A stretch of DNA of 64,000 nt from Eukaryota sp. GEM-RC1. Taxonomy: Eukaryota. Location of the stretch: assembly GCA_040285855.1 (NCBI GenBank), contig JAUFOQ010000002.1, forward strand, positions 1,364,001 through 1,428,000. The letters run 5' to 3'. A program made the translations under genes and the position numbers. How positions within the stretch are numbered: position 1 is the stretch's first letter; every line of letters begins with the position of its first letter. This document shows, piece after piece, positions 24,910 to 37,830 of this stretch. The notes below the pieces were generated by a model. That model was not told the origin of the DNA. It saw only the letters and a list, made by a program, of their open reading frames with translations, and ran no database searches.

Positions 24910-25579
24910 TTTTGTAAAATACAACTGTGTCTCAAAAGTGTATTTTTTGTATTTTTGTCTTTTTGAACGAATTTCGCTAGATTTCAACATTTCTCTGATT
25001 GTACTATCTAAACCGTTGAAAGCCATGGTTAGTATGTGTAGATCAATCAACTAACGGCATTCAGTTGGTAAATTACTTCTCTCAACAATTATGATACAAC
25101 CCTCTCCTAGTAAAACCCCTCCTGTCAACTATTCTTTACGTCACGTCAAGGGTGGGAATCCTCTTTGGAGTATGGTTGCTGTCAGCAACCCCAAAGGGAC
25201 CTCCCAATATATAGCAGTGATCTAATGATGAATTGTTTCTCCCCTGAAGCTGGAAAGCCACGGCGTAAAAATAGATCACGTATTATGAAGATGAGAGAAG
25301 ACGAAAATCTGTTAGAAAGTGAAGAATCAGTTTTCTAACTCAAGAGTATTGTAGTCACAAACCTACTTAGCTTATTCCAATAATTTGAGCAAGAAACAAC
25401 AAATAGTTATTGTTTTTAATAAATCAATTTTTATTACTTGTATTTTTGTATTTTCGTGTGTAATTTTGTATTTTTGTATTTTTGTATTTTTGTATTTTTC
25501 AAACACGTGTTGGTTGTATTTGACAGCTATGCTTACAATTCCTTTTCTGAAATGTTGTCTTAATATTCCTGTTTCCTCC

Positions 25580-26612
25580 ATGTTGACTGTTTGTGGTTGT
25601 CTTCTGATTGCATTCTCTTTCTTTTCTTACGTCGATGATTTCACTCTTGCGTCCAATCATTTTCATCAATCTACTCTGTCTGATTTTCCACTTGTTGTTA
25701 CTTTACCTAGCTCCAATGTCATTGTGCCCTTAGAAATTGACGAAATTATACCGACGCTTAGTCCTCAACTTATTCAAGTCTTGGGAGGAGTTCCAGGATG
25801 TGGAAAGTCTCTATCATTATATAGATTTCTAAAAGATCAACACGTAATATGGCTCTCTGGGAAGTTGAGTGTTTGTCAAAATTTGACCGTTCTAGACTTT
25901 TTGTTTTCAGTCGATAATGACATCACTGTTTTACACTCTTGAATTTCATTCTCAGAACTAGAGACTATGTACTAGTTATTGACCATGTGGACAAAGTTAA
26001 CAAAGATTCTTTAATCTTACAACTAATTAGAGGGCTTTCTCGTCTTCCTTTTCTGGCTTCTCCTGTTTTCTTCATTACCTCTCATTACAATGATCATATC
26101 CAAAAGATACATTTGCTTGTCCCTCATGTTTTTTTTTCAAGAAGGTAGTCTTTACATGGTTTTCTTATCCAAAGAATACAACAATTCAACAACTTACCCA
26201 GAAATTGGGTCTTGATTTTGATAAAACAATGAAAGATGTAGGACCTTCTTTACAATTAATTCAATCATACCATTCTTCTTTAATTGTTTCTACACAGTGC
26301 TCAGCTTTATATGCTAGAATGGTTGATGTCATCATCTTAGGATCCAATGCTATTGAGTGTCTCAAAATCTTATGTGAAAAGACAACTAACGATTCAGATG
26401 AGGTGGCTTTATCCATTATCACTGCTGAGTTAACATCTATGTTCTTTGATTTGATAGAAGAAGGATTTATTATAACTGTTCCTAAAGGAGTTATGTTTCA
26501 CAATCCTTTAGTTAGACGTGCTGTGTGTACATATCTCGACAGTGGTGAAATTAGTTCATATAATAATATTTCCAAATGTCATGAAATTAGACCGATTAGA
26601 ATTTCTGAATGA
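25580..26612 (+). CDS. P-loop NTPase-like protein with N-terminal hydrophobic segment, fragmented
   Basis: Walker A GVPGCGKS, a Walker-B-like VLVIDHVD in the next frame, three consecutive same-strand ORF pieces. Confidence 0.5.
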
Positions 26613-26869
26613 TTGTCCATAAAAATCTCTTTATTATTTGTTATCGATTATATTTGACCTATTTTTATGTAAACAATTTCCAAAATCCTAGTGAGTGGAC
26701 GAATTTTTCCATACATCAATCCAATAGACTGTTCATCAATTAATATTCCAACATTAATATTGCATTATTCCTGTTTGCAAAATAGAAATCAATTATCAAT
26801 CTTCCCCTAGAAAAATCCCCAAAAATCGATCGTTGACGGGAATACAACAAACAATTGAATCAGACCACG

Positions 26870-26923
26870 ATATATAGAATCACGATATTGATATTCATAT
26901 ATAGAATCACGATATTGATATTC
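26870..26923. repeat. 27-bp tandem duplication
   Basis: atatatagaatcacgatattgatattc occurs twice in tandem. Confidence 0.75.
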
Positions 26924-27139
26924 TGGGCAAATTTTAACGGTATAATTTATGACGATGGTAACTGTTAAAAAATCTCACATTGGATCATCATGTTCAAAAT
27001 AGTAATAATAGTTTTTAGTCGGTCAAAAGTACAGTACGGTACGCCTAAAATTGTCACGGTACGGAACATTTGTGTTCCATGGTGGATGGGGAGGGAGAAT
27101 TTAACTTGTTGTACTTTTTGTAACTTTATGTACATCATT

Positions 27140-27686
27140 TGAAAAACTGTTCATGATTTATTACTCAACAGCCTAGACCTTATGGTCTTCATCTCAATAA
27201 TGAGGCTTGCAAACTTAACATGCGTCTTCGCTTAGGTCTGTTTCCGTCTGAATTGTTAGCCAATACTATGTGTTGTTGTGAAAAAAGACCAAAAGCTGAC
27301 TTCAAACACATTGTTAGTTACAAAAAATTTCTTCGGTTTAGATCGATTTTACACAATGCTGTTCGTGGTGTTACGTATGACATGTATAAATATCACGATT
27401 TTAATGGGAAAATCGAACCTCTTCTTAAGCATTATAGTGATGATAATATTATCAATTCTCGACGAAGTGATCTCATTGTTCCATATCTTGATTCTTGTCA
27501 ATCAGTGATAGATTTTACTACTGTGTATCCGTGTGAAAAGTATATTTGAATTCAGTTTCGAGTGACACTGAAAATCATTTATCCAAAGCTGAAAAAAGAA
27601 AGATTGATACTTCTTCAGACACAATGAAGAAACTGAATTCCAATTTCATGTTGTATTCTTCTTTTAAGTTCATTCCTTTTGCTTAA
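27140..27686 (+). pseudogene. Decayed RLE-type non-LTR retrotransposon 3' portion
   Basis: MRLRLGL...CCC...H...LHNAVR...KIEPLL...RRSDLIVP...VIDFTTV...AEKRK...FIPFA. Paralogous to 9270. Confidence 0.7.
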
Positions 27687-27692
27687 GTACTA

Positions 27693-28136
27693 CACTCTTC
27701 ACAACAATTAGTCTGAACAAGTATCTCAAACAAAAGGAATTCCTTGACCATAAATTGCTGTTATGTCTTCACAAATGTTACATTGAACACCACGATCGTT
27801 GTTTGTACCGTCAATGGTTGTTTTAGACCGAAGCAATCCAGAAACAGGACTGGTCTAATATCAAATTGTCTCTTAAAAATTGATTAGTGACCGAATTGTC
27901 TTTCAAGCAAGTGTGAACAGTGTGTGACAAGGTTTGTATACGTCAATTCAAACAGTGGCTAGAAAAAGATGAAATCTTTAAACGGACTGTTTAATACCAT
28001 TTTACTGAAGAATATTGGAGATTCCTAAAGTGATCAAACAATAATTACACTGTAGTCTGATTCAGACTAATAGGTGATGCAGACTAATTATGAATTCAGA
28101 CTAATTGTTATGAACTTCACTGGTTTGGTAAGAGTG
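27693..28136. mobile_element. Degenerate TA-flanked MITE (CACTCTT...AAGAGTG)
   Basis: 11-bp inverted repeat ACTACACTCTT/AAGAGTGTAGT. CAGACTAATT subterminal repeats resembling those of the 17532 element. Confidence 0.6.
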
Positions 28137-28171
28137 TAGTTGTTTGTAGTTCGTTAACACTTTTATGTACA

Positions 28172-29251
28172 TTATTTATTAAACATTGCAATTCGATCCT
28201 TCAAACTAATAGAAGCTGGGACACTATCACTACTTGAATTCGAACTTGGAACATGATTCGACTCGACATGGACATCAAAAACAGGGGGATCATTATCTAC
28301 CTGCTTAGTGACAGGTACAGCGGGAGGTTCTGGTTTAGAATACTTTCTAACAACTGGTTTAGGTTCCGGAGATCTTCTTACTTCAGGTTCTGGTTTGGAA
28401 TACTGCCTTGGTTGAGGAATAGGATCGGAATATTTTCTTACTTCTACTTTTGGTTCTGGAGTAGGTTCAGAATATGTCACTTCTGGCTTTGGCTCAGAAA
28501 ACTTCCTTTGAACAGGTTTGCTTTCATTGGTGACACGTGTTGAAGGTGCTCCACCGTGACCTAATACCTGAGAGGCAGTGCTAAAGAAGGATGATTTAAA
28601 CCCAACGACATTCTTCAATGTCTCGTCAACTGATGATTCATATGATGTGAAAAACTTGTCCAATTGCCTGAATGCTTCAGCTCTGGTTTCTGTCATTTTT
28701 GCTTCTTTCTCCTGTGTTTTAATATCCTTCAAATAAGTTTTATCAGCAACCTCGGAACCTTGACTTTGCAACTTGTTCAATTGGGCTGTGCTCTTATCAA
28801 ATGAAAACACTTGATCTTGATGACGTTCTATGGCAGCACCTACCACCAGCATTTGAGCAGTGAGTTTATCCAGTGGTTCAAGGATATAAGAATCTGACTC
28901 GGGATCGAGTTGGTCTGAAAAAATGCCAAATGACTTGTCAAACGAGGTTGAAAGCTTGTTGCTAAAGGCTACATATCGAGAGTTGTTGAGGGTTTCAGCA
29001 AATGTCTCAAACTCTTTGCCAAAAGCAATTGAAGATGATGAGAGAGCAGCATAATGAGAAACCATTTCAGTAAGTTTTTCCTCAAGAGCGGAAAGGGACG
29101 ACTTGACATTGAGGAATTTCGTCACAACATCGTCAAATTCTTCGTCAACGGTTGCTTCAACATCATAGATATGAGAAAGAGTTCTTTGTTTGGCAGATTT
29201 GAGTGATCGTTCGATTTTATCAGTAACGGCACGAAGCTTACTTGACCACAT
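28172..29251 (-). CDS. BAR-domain (amphiphysin-like) protein with Pro-rich repeat tail
   Basis: AKQRTLSHIYDVEATVDEEFD resembles BAR N-termini. A long helical region follows, then repeated RKYSxPxP units. Confidence 0.75.
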   Translation of the reverse strand: MWSSKLRAVTDKIERSLKSAKQRTLSHIYDVEATVDEEFDDVVTKFLNVKSSLSALEEKLTEMVSHYAALSSSSIAFGKEFETFAETLNNSRYVAFSNKLSTSFDKSFGIFSDQLDPESDSYILEPLDKLTAQMLVVGAAIERHQDQVFSFDKSTAQLNKLQSQGSEVADKTYLKDIKTQEKEAKMTETRAEAFRQLDKFFTSYESSVDETLKNVVGFKSSFFSTASQVLGHGGAPSTRVTNESKPVQRKFSEPKPEVTYSEPTPEPKVEVRKYSDPIPQPRQYSKPEPEVRRSPEPKPVVRKYSKPEPPAVPVTKQVDNDPPVFDVHVESNHVPSSNSSSDSVPASISLKDRIAMFNK

Positions 29252-29917
29252 TGGGGGAAGATTTACAAAACTACAAGAGTTGGAGGTGAAGTAAAAGAAT
29301 TTGAACGAGATAACACGTCATAAGACTGTTGCACTGTTGACCTATGTTGGGAGTCATCTCAACACGTGTTGAATGGGGTTTTCGAAGAGGTTCAACACGG
29401 GTTGGACATGTCATTCTTCTATGCCACTTCAATGAATTTGGGTAAATTTCTACTGTTCTTGATAAAACTATATTGAATAAAGGTAAAAATTTCAAGTTTA
29501 CTCCAAAGTTTACTTAAATGTATGGATTATTGATGAGCTCTTCATGTTATCAGTTCTGGAATCGGTGAAAATCAGTTCCAATTTATCAATTTGGTTCGGG
29601 TGTAGCATGAGTGAAAAAGAGATGTGTTTTTCCATTGGTTGAGCTTAAAATGAATTATTTAATATTTTCCAACAGTGTGTTGAATCGAACATAGCTGCTA
29701 TTAATATCAGTAGTGTAGTAGCTGTTTGGTAACTGAATTCGATTCCTAAACGCTGAGTTTATTGAACTAAGTGCTGCCTAATAGAGCGCCCCTAAAAGCA
29801 AAGGAAAAGGTTGTACTAAAACACAGTACAATTCTTAATTATGCAGGGTATATTAGTTCGAATAAAACTGAACATTATTATCTACAATCACCAGACTGGT
29901 AGTCTTGAACTACAAGC

Positions 29918-30594
29918 CAGTGATCTTCAAACCATAAAATGAAAATAGCGTATTTATTCAATTACCATAAATACGGTACGGTACCTACTAGTATTGTTGC
30001 TTTTCGTGAAATAGTGTTTCCCGTAAAATGGGGAAATTATTTATGGAAAATACTTCCGATAAAATACTAGTGTGTATTTTTCCTTAAACAATGCCAAGAC
30101 GATACGTATCAAAAAGTTCTTCACGAAGCTGGAAGACCCTATCATAATGTAATCTCATCTGACTGTTACAAGTGTAAGTACTGTCAGCCCAGTTTTTTCG
30201 CTTGGATTAAGAAGGGTAAGGGACACACCGATCTTCTTTATCGCGCCAAAACTGACTATTTGGACGACTATCAACGTTTTGAATCTGCAAAACCTCAAGA
30301 AAACGTAGTTCACTATACTATTGCAAATTCTTTCTAGATGATTGTGTTGCTAGAATTATGTATGATTGTGACTATGGTTCTCGCAAACAAGTGCGAACAT
30401 TATGATACCAATTCTAGTTCTATACACATGTAAAAACAAGAGTCATTTTGCGGTGAAATACGTTTCCGTATTGCAATATCTTACGGAAAATAATATTCTT
30501 GCCGTAAAATATAGCGTTTTGTAAAATACAGAAATTATACATGGAGTCGTCTGAAAAGTTGCCGTACTTATGTTTTATATTTTGACAAACACTG
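29918..30594 (+). mobile_element. Non-autonomous hAT element family B, copy 2
   Basis: Termini CAGTGATCTTCAAA / TTTGACAAACACTG. Internal sequence matches the reverse complement of 9684-10411, including the CKYC BED remnant. TSD degenerate. Confidence 0.78.
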
Positions 30595-30802
30595 CTAAAC
30601 ACACATTATAGCCTTGTTGTCTTGACATTCATGATTAGAATTTTCCGGTAAAAATATGAGTGCACATTCCGTACTAGAGTAATAGAACATGATGATAGTC
30701 AACATCTCACACTCACTGCAAAAAGCAGTAATCAATTCGAAATGTTTTTCTCTCTTCATCTTCTGGTCTTTTGACTCTTCCAATGCTATTATCACTATCA
30801 TA

Positions 30803-31685
30803 ATGTCTTCCACATTCTTTTGTGTGTACTTACTACAATCTTGTAATGATCGATATAAAAAACACAGTTATATAGGATATACTGTCGATCCCATTCATCG
30901 TCTTCGCCAGCACAATGGTGAAATTGAGGGTGGTGCTCGCAAAACATCAACTAAACGCCCGTGGAAGGTGTTACTCTTTTTATCTGGTTTTTCTGATAAG
31001 ATCTCGGCACTTCAATTTGAATACGCATGGCAGCATCCATCACAATCTCGTCATCTACGTCAACACGCTCAAACTATAAAAAAAGCAAGGACGTCGCCAC
31101 GAAGTCCGTTACAAACTAGCAGTATTACAGAAAATGCTAATGGCTTGCAAACCTTGGAATTCAATGCCTCTTGTACTGAATGTCTGCTGTCAAGATGGTG
31201 AAGTGGCTCTACCGGAATTCCCTAGTCATGTTACAATCAAACAAAAGACATTGACTGGTAAGCGTCTGCAGCATGAAAAACCAAAACTGCAGTTTAAGCC
31301 TTCTGCTAATCAATCGTGTCCAATTTGCTTTGAAGAATGTGGTCGTTACGCTACTGGTTGCGGATATTCTGATTGTGGAATGTCTGCTCATCTTTCTTGT
31401 CTTGCAAAATGGTTTCTCCAACATGATAAAAGCAATACGGCCAAGCTCATTCCTTCTAAACCTGCACAGTGTCCCTATTGCACTCGCCAACAAACTTGGG
31501 GTGATGTAGTTGCTCGATATCGAGAGTTGAATGAGTTTATTGATGAGGAAGATGATAGCAGTTCTAGTGAAGACGAACCTCCACCTCCATCAACATCTAC
31601 TACACAGTCAGCTTTATTACTTTTAGACAGAGTTAAGCGACGAACACAATCTAAAAGTGATGTCGATGTTATCGAGATTGATTAA
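30803..31685 (+). CDS. SLX1: Structure-specific endonuclease SLX1 (GIY-YIG plus RING/PHD-type finger; frameshift near 31080)
   Basis: CVYLL...YIGYTVDPIHRLRQHNG, RPW, ALQFEYAWQHP. C-terminal CPIC...HLSCLAKWF...CPYC...WGDVV. The break is at the A7 run 31078-31084. Confidence 0.93.
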
Positions 31686-31717
31686 CTTATTTCTATAATA
31701 AAACTACAAGTACATTG

Positions 31718-32104
31718 TTACTCTTGTGAGAATCCCAGGACTTCGCTCGCGGAAGACACTAAATTCTGCAGAGCTCCGGCAATATGCTCCTTTTCATCAT
31801 TTATATCCTTTAGAGTTGAGGAACAATGTTCTTCCATGGATTTCAGTTCTTCTATACATAGCGAGTATTCGGAATCAATTTCTCTAAAGTCAGGAGAAGA
31901 TGGTAAGAACGAACTGTAATTCTTGTATTGTTTCAGAGATGAGCACCCCAAGTTTGTTCCAGAAGGCTGAGATGAGTTTGTAAGTTCTGCGATACTATAA
32001 AGGCAAGAAGAAAATATTCCTGTTTCTTCAGTGTGAGAGACATCGTCATTGGTATGTTGGCTTTGTGATGGGCTTTGAGAGAAGTGTGTTTCAGAGTGTT
32101 CCAT
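31718..32104 (-). CDS. Hypothetical small coiled-coil protein
   Basis: ATG-started 128-aa ORF between SLX1 and PHAF1. Confidence 0.5.
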   Translation of the reverse strand: MEHSETHFSQSPSQSQHTNDDVSHTEETGIFSSCLYSIAELTNSSQPSGTNLGCSSLKQYKNYSSFLPSSPDFREIDSEYSLCIEELKSMEEHCSSTLKDINDEKEHIAGALQNLVSSASEVLGFSQE

Positions 32105-32262
32105 GATAGGATGAGCAATGCAGGCAAAAATGTCATTTCTTCTGATCTTTTTTTTGCTCCGCTGTACCCAGATCTCAAAGATCTGCTGTACCCGAAAGAT
32201 TAAAATACACTAGATACTGATGATGTGGAGATCCTTTCACAATATTAAGATCTGTATACAAT

Positions 32263-33487
32263 TTATTCGGTTCGTCCATCACGATGCAGTGTAATGGAAT
32301 TGATATGGTTGTTCCTAATAACTTCAAAAACAATACTATCATAAAGGTAGAAGTGACTTGGACCAAATGGATTACTAGCTGAAGCAGGATTATGCACCAA
32401 AGGCTCCGGTGGAGTACCCAACACTCTACAAACATCATCTAATGTTGAAAACGTGTGAATCTGGTCTGTAAGATCGTCATCCAAAGGAGGAGTCGGTGAT
32501 CTACTTCCAAAGGACACTTCTGATTGATTAAAGCTTTGTTCAGGTTTATCTGTCATTATCGCCCATTTAGCTCGTTGATACACATTGAATAGCGGATGAC
32601 CCGGAAAGTTGCAATAAAGTCTAATTTTATCCACTTCATGAAGATCTCCGTCAACCAAGACATCCAACCCCCGTTCAAAGTAATTAAAAGCATATCCCTC
32701 CTTCTTCCTACTTGTTCTTCGTATCTTTGTTATTGTCTGGCGGGGGAAAGAGGCATCTGGTTCCCCTAGTAACTGAAGAACCCTTTGGATCGGATCTCCT
32801 AAGGATATCGAGACATTGGCAGAACGTGCAAGCCAGTGGATAGAGCCCGTGAGTGACACTGTTATAGTTTCGAAATATACAGGTATCGAAGGTGTAAGAG
32901 ATGGAGAGACAGGGGGTAAAGGAGGTAGAGAGGGTTCTTCGTGAAGACGATTGGAGTAGAAGAAGTACATCTTTGAAGCAATGGGAGCTGCACCATCAGG
33001 ATAATCAACTCTAATATTAAGACATTTGCCTTTGGATGAGGTATCAAAGTACTTACGGTACTGAGGAGATATGGGAAAGTGGAATTCCATAGAAGGATAC
33101 CGCAGAATGAAAGTGTTGGTCTCACTGTCATATTGGCCAGGAGTGGTAGCTCCAAAAACATCGTATAAAAAAATTGAGCTTGGCTGGTAAAGATGGGCCA
33201 AGAAAGTCGATTTCACGACCATCTCGTTTGAAAAATATGTTTAAACTGTTAGGGCAGTTAACTTCTATCAGAGAAAGGCGTTGTGAAGAGGCTTCAAAAG
33301 AGAAAACAAGACCATTCTGCTCCAAATTAAGTCGAAGAGGGTGTGAAAGATGTTTGCGTTCATGGTAAGAAAACCGCACTGATGGAATGATATTATCATG
33401 TTCATTGATTTCTTTCATAACGTCACGGAAAGACATCCCCAAGCAAAATGGGTGCAGTCCGAGACCTGTCTCAAGTTCAAGTCGCAT
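32263..33487 (-). CDS. PHAF1: PHAF1/UPF0183 (C16orf70) family protein (frameshift near 33170)
   Basis: GLGLHPFCLGMS, FEASSQRLSLIEV, FGATTPGQYD, YAFNYFERGLDVL, NFPGHPLFNVYQRA, NPFGPSHFY. The break is at the A7 run 33167-33173. Confidence 0.88.
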
Positions 33488-33566
33488 ATTAGAAAGGATA
33501 TCTGACTGTTAATGGCAAGAAGTGTATGAAGATTTCACTTTTCGTTCCTTAAAACATTAACTAGAA

Positions 33567-35174
33567 ATGGCATCTGCTGTTGAAGCTCTTAATCCTTACT
33601 CTGAAGTTGTTAAACGTGGCAGCGCATTAGGTCTCAATATCACTGCTGCTCGCGGTCTAGCAGAAGTTCTCAGATCTAATCTCGGACCCAAAGGTACTTT
33701 GAAAATGCTTGTCTCTGGATCTGGCGACATCAAACTTACAAAGGATGGGGCTGTCTTACTTCATGAAATGCAGATCCAAATGCCGACCGCTCAGATGATT
33801 GCCCGAACGGCTACGGCTCAAGACTCCATGACTGGTGATGGAACAACCTCCACCATTCTCCTCATCGGAGAGGTCATGAAGATCGCCGAGCGTTCCATGG
33901 CTGAAAACGTTCATCCCCGCCTCCTCACCGAAGGTATCGAACAAGCTTCTAAGGAAGCCCTCAAATTCCTCGATGAGTTCAAGGTTTCCACTGACAACAA
34001 ACGTGAAATTCTTCTTTCTGTGGCCAAAACCTCACTTCGAACAAAGCTTCAAGGAAACATTGCTGACCAAATATCTGAAATCCTCACAGACGCCGTTCTC
34101 TCCATCAAAAAGGAAGGAGAATCAGTTGACCTTCATATGGTTGAAATCATGACCATGGAACATCGCTTAGACGTGGACTCTAAGTTAATCCGTGGTTTGG
34201 TTCTAGATCACGGGGCTAGACATCCTGATATGCCTAAACGCCTTGAGAATGCCTTTGTTCTCACCTGTAATTTGTCTCTTGAATACGAGAAGTCTGAGGT
34301 TAACTCTGGATTCGTCTATTCTTCAGGAGCTCAACGTGATGCCCTTGTTCATGCCGAACGTGCTTTCACTGATGAGAAAGTTCGTAAGATCATTGAACTC
34401 AAGCGTGCTGTTTGTAAGAACAATGAAGGGTTCATTGTCATTAATCAAAAGGGAGTTGATCCACTCTCTTTAGACATGTTTGCTAAGGATGGAATCGTTG
34501 CACTTCGAAGATGCAAGCGACGTAACATGGAACGTTTGACCAGAATGTGTGGTGGTGTTGCAGTTCATTCTATTGAAGGTCTCTCAGAATCATGTCTTGG
34601 AAAAGCTGGTCTCATTCATGAGGAAATATTAGGAGAAGAGAAGTATACCTTTATTGAGGAAGTTCCTTATCCTGACTCATGTTCTATTCTTGTCAAGGGT
34701 CCTAATAAGTTCACCATTGCTCAAATCAAGGATGGAATTAGAGATGGTCTACGTGCAGTTAAGAACGTGCTTGATGACGAGTGTCTTGTTCCTGGAGCTG
34801 GAGCTTTCCATTTGGCTTGTAACCAACGATTACACGAGTTCAAGAAGTCTCTTAGAGGACGTGTGAAGAGAGGTGTTGAGGTGTTTGCCGAGGCTCTTCT
34901 TGTTATTCCCAAGACTTTGGCTTTAAACTCTGGTTTAGATGCTGAGGAGACTTTGATTACTTTACAGGAAGAGGCTGAAGATGGTGGTGTTGTTGGATTG
35001 GATGTGTTTTCAGGTGAGCCTTGTGATCCTTGTGGGTTAGGTATTTGGGATAATTACTGTGTGTTGAAGAATATGTTGAGATCATCTGCTGTTATTGCTT
35101 CTCAGTTACTCCTTTGTGATGAAATTATTGCTGCTGGAAGGTCTCTTGGTGCTTCTAGGGAAGCCAGTCAATAA
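33567..35174 (+). CDS. CCT6: Chaperonin CCT zeta subunit
   Basis: [60 protein letters not shown]. Confidence 0.97.
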   Translation: MASAVEALNPYSEVVKRGSALGLNITAARGLAEVLRSNLGPKGTLKMLVSGSGDIKLTKDGAVLLHEMQIQMPTAQMIARTATAQDSMTGDGTTSTILLIGEVMKIAERSMAENVHPRLLTEGIEQASKEALKFLDEFKVSTDNKREILLSVAKTSLRTKLQGNIADQISEILTDAVLSIKKEGESVDLHMVEIMTMEHRLDVDSKLIRGLVLDHGARHPDMPKRLENAFVLTCNLSLEYEKSEVNSGFVYSSGAQRDALVHAERAFTDEKVRKIIELKRAVCKNNEGFIVINQKGVDPLSLDMFAKDGIVALRRCKRRNMERLTRMCGGVAVHSIEGLSESCLGKAGLIHEEILGEEKYTFIEEVPYPDSCSILVKGPNKFTIAQIKDGIRDGLRAVKNVLDDECLVPGAGAFHLACNQRLHEFKKSLRGRVKRGVEVFAEALLVIPKTLALNSGLDAEETLITLQEEAEDGGVVGLDVFSGEPCDPCGLGIWDNYCVLKNMLRSSAVIASQLLLCDEIIAAGRSLGASREASQ

Positions 35175-35344
35175 TGATGTTGTCTAGTGTAGCCTATATT
35201 TGCAATATAAATTTTAAAAATTAATGGTATTTGTTTTAAAGGAGTAGCGATTCTACATTAGTCATATTCAAAACAACAAACAAACTTCAGCTTTGTTTAC
35301 TAATTCTAGATACCGAATTAGAAAGAGTTGAATGTGAACACCTA

Positions 35345-35456
35345 CTCTAATTAACCTAATACAAGCCCTGCCCTGTTATTAGCCTACACCTAATACAGGC
35401 CCAGGCGGGGTAGGCTAGTAACGGTTTTGCGCAGGTGAGTATTAGGTAAGTTAGAG
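35345..35456. mobile_element. 112-bp TA-flanked MITE (Tc1/mariner-type)
   Basis: TIRs CTCTAATTAACCTAATAC / GTATTAGGTAAGTTAGAG with TA on both sides. Related copy near 5537. Confidence 0.75.
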
Positions 35457-35891
35457 TATTCTAAATTTTATCTTTATTGAATTTTTTGTTTTGGACACAC
35501 TTATTGTTGAGTCTTTTGCTACATTCAAACATCAGCGCAAGCTTTAGAGCCACAAAATGAAACACACTCTTGGTGTTTGCATCACCAAACGGATACAATA
35601 TTGTTTATTGTCCAACAGTCACAAACTAAAGCTACACTGTACAAATCTGTATACACTGCTGTTGCTGCTGTAGGGACTACTGTGATAACGCTTTTCTAGA
35701 AACACACTTTTGGAAAACACAATTGTCAACATCGTGTTTTGGACAACTGAAAAATATTGCACGGTAGATACAAATGAGTGTAATATATATCTGCAGTTTG
35801 AATGCAAATCTAAGTTGATGAACAAGAACTGAATCAGAATCGGGATTTCTCCAACCCCTTTACATTTTGGACTTTAACTTCAAGGCCACCT

Positions 35892-36575
35892 ATGGGGCTT
35901 TTTTCTCGCTCTAAGAGTAAGCTTTGCTTTCAGTGCACGTTTTGTGTTAATTCTTTCGAACACATTCCTTTGGCCGATGACTTTGTTTTCATGAAACTTA
36001 TCCCTCCGAGATCCATTGCAAAACCAATTACCTCAAATAAATGTGCTATCCAAAATCACAAAGCTACGTTTGATCTTTCAATGAATTGGGATGTTCCACT
36101 AACAATGGATTCTGATTCTTTTCTCCTCAAAGAATCTCTTCTTCGAATTCAAGTTTTTCAATCAAGTACTCGTGGTCGTTCTCACAAGTTAGGGTTTGTT
36201 GACATTGATCTAGCAGTTTTCGCTGGGGAGTCAAAGGTTACTACTCTTATTCCCTTAGAAGAATGCAGATTCCGTGGTGTTCTTCGATGTACAGTGTCAA
36301 TGGTGCAAACAAGTGGAGATTCTACTTTTAGGGTCCCCGAACTTCCCTATGAGAGAGTTTCAAGAAGTAGAACAAACTCTGCTTCAAAGAAAGACGATCT
36401 CCGAGTCCACGTCATATCTCAGAAGGACAATGCCTGGTTTGGTCGCTCTCCTCTCACTCCATCTTCTCTTCCTGTTGATTCTCCTCCTCAGGACTCAGCA
36501 GGATCTCCTTTAAACACTACTGACATCGTTGACGAGTTGTTTAGGGAACGTCATGATCTTCAGAGTATGTCTTAG
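35892..36575 (+). CDS. NT-type C2 domain protein (EEIG1/EHBP1/FAM102-like)
   Basis: Beta-rich N-terminus with KLGFVDIDLAVFAG, GDSTFRVP and a C-terminal TTDIVDELF. Confidence 0.75.
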   Translation: MGLFSRSKSKLCFQCTFCVNSFEHIPLADDFVFMKLIPPRSIAKPITSNKCAIQNHKATFDLSMNWDVPLTMDSDSFLLKESLLRIQVFQSSTRGRSHKLGFVDIDLAVFAGESKVTTLIPLEECRFRGVLRCTVSMVQTSGDSTFRVPELPYERVSRSRTNSASKKDDLRVHVISQKDNAWFGRSPLTPSSLPVDSPPQDSAGSPLNTTDIVDELFRERHDLQSMS

Positions 36576-37183
36576 ATGTTTCTTGTTATTGTTTGTTATT
36601 ATTGTTGTTGGGTATTATTAGTGTAAGTGAGTGACTTAGCACTGGCTGATTTTAATCAACTTTTTGAATTGTAAAGTAATAACCAATTGTACACCATTTT
36701 TTGGTGGTGTCTGTTCCGAACTCTTGTACATAATTCATAAATTTCTTATGCCGTTCATTACACCTTTCCAAATCAACCACAATAATCCACAGACTTTTGC
36801 AACTCCACTTGAGAATAGAAACCCCTCTCTGTAATGGGGCTTCTATTACATGGAGGGGTGATCCGTATAACCTCTTTCCTTATTGATTTAATGTCCTAAA
36901 TTTCACATGTATTTGAAGAATAAAACTATGTTAGATTCAATCTTCGATAGCTTAATGGTGGGAAAAGAGGGTGTGTAAGGCAATACATAATTTATGTACA
37001 GTAGCAATTTGGTAGACCAATTCAGTTGATATTTGACAAGATTATTTGATTTAACTCATTGAACAAAACGTCTTGGGGACCTACATTACGTGGGAGAGCT
37101 CATATTTCACAGTTTACTTTATGTTTGCAAATTTGTACATCGCAATTAAAACAATAAGACCTTTATTATTTATAACAATATAA

Positions 37184-37663
37184 TTAGCGCATTGTAGGAG
37201 GGGCAGTTCCTGATTCATGAGCAGCTCTAGAAGCCCATTCATTAGGATGTGCAGTAATTCCAAAGGGGTTCCAAGCTATCCTAACCAAGAGCTTCCAATG
37301 TTCAATACCAACGAAGAAGAAGATGATAGTGGCAAACATTGCGAGTCCGAGAGAGAAATGAAGCACAATGAGAGTGATTCCAGGGACCAATAACCACCAA
37401 ATAACCAAAAAGATATATAACGGTTTCGTGGGTACGTCTTCAGTCCGTCTGAATTCCATACCGGCAGGCCAAAGGACATATCGAGACATCTGCCAAACAC
37501 GGACAGCCCAAGGGGCACCTACAATTGTAATTGCAAGCCAAAGACCTCCAATGATATAGATCAGGAAGGCTACCCATCCTTGGCCAATTAGTAACCAGAA
37601 GATATTCCTTGCAACAATAACACTCGGCTTGTTAAACCAGATTCTAAGGTTATCTGAAACCAT
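37184..37663 (-). CDS. yccF: YccF (DUF307) membrane protein, two repeats
   Basis: NIFWLLIGQGW...ITIVGAPW...YVLWPAG and WWLLVPG...TIIFFFVGIEHWKL...NPFG. Confidence 0.8.
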   Translation of the reverse strand: MVSDNLRIWFNKPSVIVARNIFWLLIGQGWVAFLIYIIGGLWLAITIVGAPWAVRVWQMSRYVLWPAGMEFRRTEDVPTKPLYIFLVIWWLLVPGITLIVLHFSLGLAMFATIIFFFVGIEHWKLLVRIAWNPFGITAHPNEWASRAAHESGTAPPTMR

Positions 37664-37830
37664 TTTGGGAAGATAAAGATGGTGTCATCCACAGATTCGG
37701 AAAATACCAAAGGATAGTAGGTATCTTTAGCTGGGCAGTGATATACTGCACGTTTGGATACTACTCAAAGGGCATGTTTAAGTTGTGCAAGTGCAAGGAA
37801 TCAGATCAGACTCTGATGAATATCGAGTAG

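Larger units (their letters stand above)
22809..25531. mobile_element. hAT-type MITE (about 660 bp empty) hosting a nested MULE
   Basis: TIRs CATAGCTGAAAAATAC / GTATTTGACAGCTATG. Perfect TSD CTTACAAT (22801-22808, 25532-25539). TGTATTTT subterminal repeats. Confidence 0.88.

Noticed and set aside
25385..25531. Hydrophobic N-terminus of ORF 25385-25942 as a membrane anchor
   Set aside because: It is translated from the TGTATTTT subterminal repeats of the MITE.
31078..33173. Euplotes-style programmed +1 frameshifting
   Set aside because: The breaks lack a shared slippery-codon-plus-stop motif, involve all four bases and go in both directions. Sequencing error is simpler.
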